Shown here piece by piece: positions 61,535 to 64,000 of a DNA stretch of 64,000 nt; position 1 is the stretch's first letter, and each line of letters starts with the position of its first letter. A program made the position numbers and the translations under genes. The DNA comes from Phoronis australis (lineage: Eukaryota; Animalia; Phoronida), in assembly GCA_002633005.1 (NCBI GenBank), contig NMRA01000027.1, positions 471,265-535,264 on the forward strand, read 5' to 3'. The notes beneath the pieces are model-generated. The model saw only the letters and a list, made by a program, of their open reading frames with translations, searched no databases and had not been told where the DNA came from.

Positions 61535-62010
61535 NNNNNNNNNNNNNNNNNNNNNNNNNNNNNNNNNNNNNNNNNNNNNNNNNNNNNNNNNNNNNNNNNN
61601 NNNNNNNNNNNNNNNNNNNNNNNNNNNNNNNNNNNNNNNNNNNNNNNNNNNNNNNNNNNNNNNNNNNNNNNNNNNNNNNNNNNNNNNNNNNNNNNNNNNN
61701 NNNNNNNNNNNNNNNNNNNNNNNNNNNNNNNNNNNNNNNNNNNNNNNNNNNNNNNNNNNNNNNNNNNNNNNNNNNNNNNNNNNNNNNNNNNNNNNNNNNN
61801 NNNNNNNNNNNNNNNNNNNNNNNNNNNNNNNNNNNNNNNNNNNNNNNNNNNNNNNNNNNNNNNNNNNNNNNNNNNNNNNNNNNNNNNNNNNNNNNNNNNN
61901 NNNNNNNNNNNNNNNNNNNNNNNNNNNNNNNNNNNNNNNNNNNNNNNNNNNNNNNNNNNNNNNNNNNNNNNNNNNNNNNNNNNNNNNNNNNNNNNNNNNN
62001 NNNNNNNNNN
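61535..62010. other. Assembly gap (N run), beginning right after a MITE-like terminus agtggcggatctag
   Basis: 476 N characters. Confidence 0.99.
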
Positions 62011-62755
62011 GGGGGGAGGTGGCTGGGCTCTCGCCTATTCTATAGACATAACATACAACTTATAAATGAAAGCGTTGATAGAAACACTTTCATTATAGAA
62101 GACAACCTTCAAGGACAATAACAAATGCATAAAAAAGCTGAAATTCACCCATCTTGCATAATGAAAAACCAATATTTACTCAACTTAGATTTGTCATTGC
62201 CTCTGTATGCTCCTCACTCACATGGGAACATTTGTATCAACATTACTGTATGCCACCATGTTTCAGTCCAGTTGTTAAATGTTATCAACAACCTGCAAAA
62301 GACGCATATTCATACGTTACCTCACTCAGTCTAACACGTTTGCCTTTCAAACAGCGAATGCTGGGCAGTGGTTTGTAAGATATTGTGCCAAAGCAAGTGG
62401 TATGAACAGTATTATTTCACTGAGACTTCATAACAGTGACGATGATAACAGTGATGGCTATGGTCTGAAGCGATCGTAAATATGTTTGGTTCGGACAACG
62501 AGATAAATTATACACAGCTCATTGGGTTCGGAAATAAATGCATTTTAATTTCATATTTTTAAAGATATTTTTGGGAATTCAGACACAGTTATGTGTTACT
62601 ACAATGCGGATTTGTGATGCCAAAAATTGCAAAATATGAAGAAGTAGTGTTTTTTGTGATTATGGTGACGCTAAAGTGATTTTAAGGTCACCTTTAAAAA
62701 TTCATTCAGGTAAATCATTTGGGGCAATCGAGTAACTCTAATAAAGAACACTTTC

Positions 62756-63260
62756 AGCCGATTTCATAAAGGTGGTTTAACAAGTCTTAAACCTGGTCTT
62801 CCTAAACCTAGCCTAACTTTAGACCTAACTTGCATTTCACCAACATGGTTTAAAAGTCTGAAAACCTGGTTTTGTTAGATCTATAGTGGGTTTAGTAAAA
62901 TCAGGTTTAAAGTTTCCAAGCTACCCTACTGTGTTGATCTATTGAAACTATTGAAGTGCTTCAATGAAACCTTGATCACGTGGATACACAATGGCACACA
63001 TCAGTAGACGTTTGCGAAAAAGGGATAGAACCTTTTCTCACGAGGAAAAAATGTTCTCTCCCACAACTGATGAGAGAAAAGGCCAATGTCATAGTCGAGA
63101 ACAATAAAATTGATGCCAAATCAATTCAACGTAAGCAGCAGGCTTGGAGACTGAGATATGGCGCCAGAATAAAGGCCAGAAAGAAAATTTCATCAGTGAA
63201 AAAATTGTGCCCAGAAAAACGGCGAGGGACCCAGTGGCAGATCTAAGATATCAACGATAA
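62756..63260 (+). mobile_element. PIF/Harbinger transposon remnant with a frameshifted Myb/SANT-like ORF
   Basis: Starts gccgatttcataaag with ggttt/aaacc repeats. From ATG 62991: RKRDRTFSHEEKMF, frameshift, then LMREKANVIVENNKIDAKSIQRKQQAW, resembling the Myb_DNA-bind_5 pattern R..NFS.EEK..L..ENK.TD..K..AW. Confidence 0.6.
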
Positions 63261-63559
63261 GGAGTTTTTTCTCATTTTGTATCGTCTGTGTACAACACAC
63301 GTACACACATTAAAGTACTTGCCCACCGATTAACCGCAACATAGTAAGTGTTGGAATGCCGTGCTGTTACCGACCAATAATAATACAAAATTGTAAAACT
63401 GTCTGTGGCACACCCTTGACAAAGATGTGGGGATATTTTGATATATTTTAGTACCGACGCTCGTCGTTTTAGTTTTACTAGTTTTACTATTTCATAGTAA
63501 AAGTAAATGCACACATTTATTTCTGTGTCATTTCACTTTTTTGTGGCCAAAGGGGGGCA

Positions 63560-63712
63560 CAGGGGCGGATCCAAGATTTTGAGTTTTGGGGGCCAGGGCA
63601 GAGTATTAACCAGGATTTTGCCGGTCAGACATTCGCACCCCCGAACTGCCAAATGCAATATGGGATAATTTAGGGGGGGGGGGAGTATGTCCCCTCACTA
63701 AATTCGCCACTG
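63560..63712. mobile_element. MITE with CAG(G/T)GGCG-type termini
   Basis: caggggcggatcc .. aaattcgccactg. Related termini at ~38380, 61521 and ~63902. Confidence 0.6.
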
Positions 63713-64000
63713 GAACATGACCCCTGCCCGGCAACCTGAAATCGGGAACCAATTGAGATGGAACTCAGTCAGAATAATCATTAGATGCCTTTTTAGTCAT
63801 ACACGTAGCGCTTGCGACGATGACGCTCTGCTCGAACCGTCATATTCTGAGGAATCCGCAGGATACCCTTCGGTACGTACTGGTCTACATGTACGTATAC
63901 TTGGGCGAATCCAGGATGCAAGGGGTCCCGACCCCCCTTTTCTTTTAATTTAGTGATATCAAATGTATAATTTTCAAATTGTTGACGCAGACCCTCCTTT

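Noticed and set aside
61522-62121. 199-aa ORF in the ORF track
   Set aside because: Almost entirely the N gap.

Overview
AT-rich, intron-rich animal genomic DNA. Gene content and repeat types suggest an invertebrate, probably a lophotrochozoan (inference). Five spliced protein-coding genes were reconstructed by hand from GT-AG junctions and recalled family motifs: (1) the 3' four exons and a ~3 kb 3'UTR of a FoxN2/3 forkhead gene (+); (2) TMEM223 (-); (3) a complete 19-exon PPP1R21/KLRAQ1 (+, ~785 aa), head-to-head with TMEM223; (4) a 2-exon F-box gene (+, ~348 aa) whose C-terminal domain resembles the bacterial nuclease inhibitor NuiA; (5) a PhyH/EctD-like 2OG-Fe(II) dioxygenase (-) with an unresolved first exon. 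Between them lie many minisatellites, two tRNA-derived SINEs, MITEs, a Helentron-type element, a Harbinger remnant and two Penelope-like insertions with inverted pseudo-LTRs, one carrying an intact minimal hammerhead ribozyme with a U3-A8 core variant. No CRISPR array, rRNA or intact tRNA gene was seen. Protein family assignments rest on remembered sequences, not on database searches.
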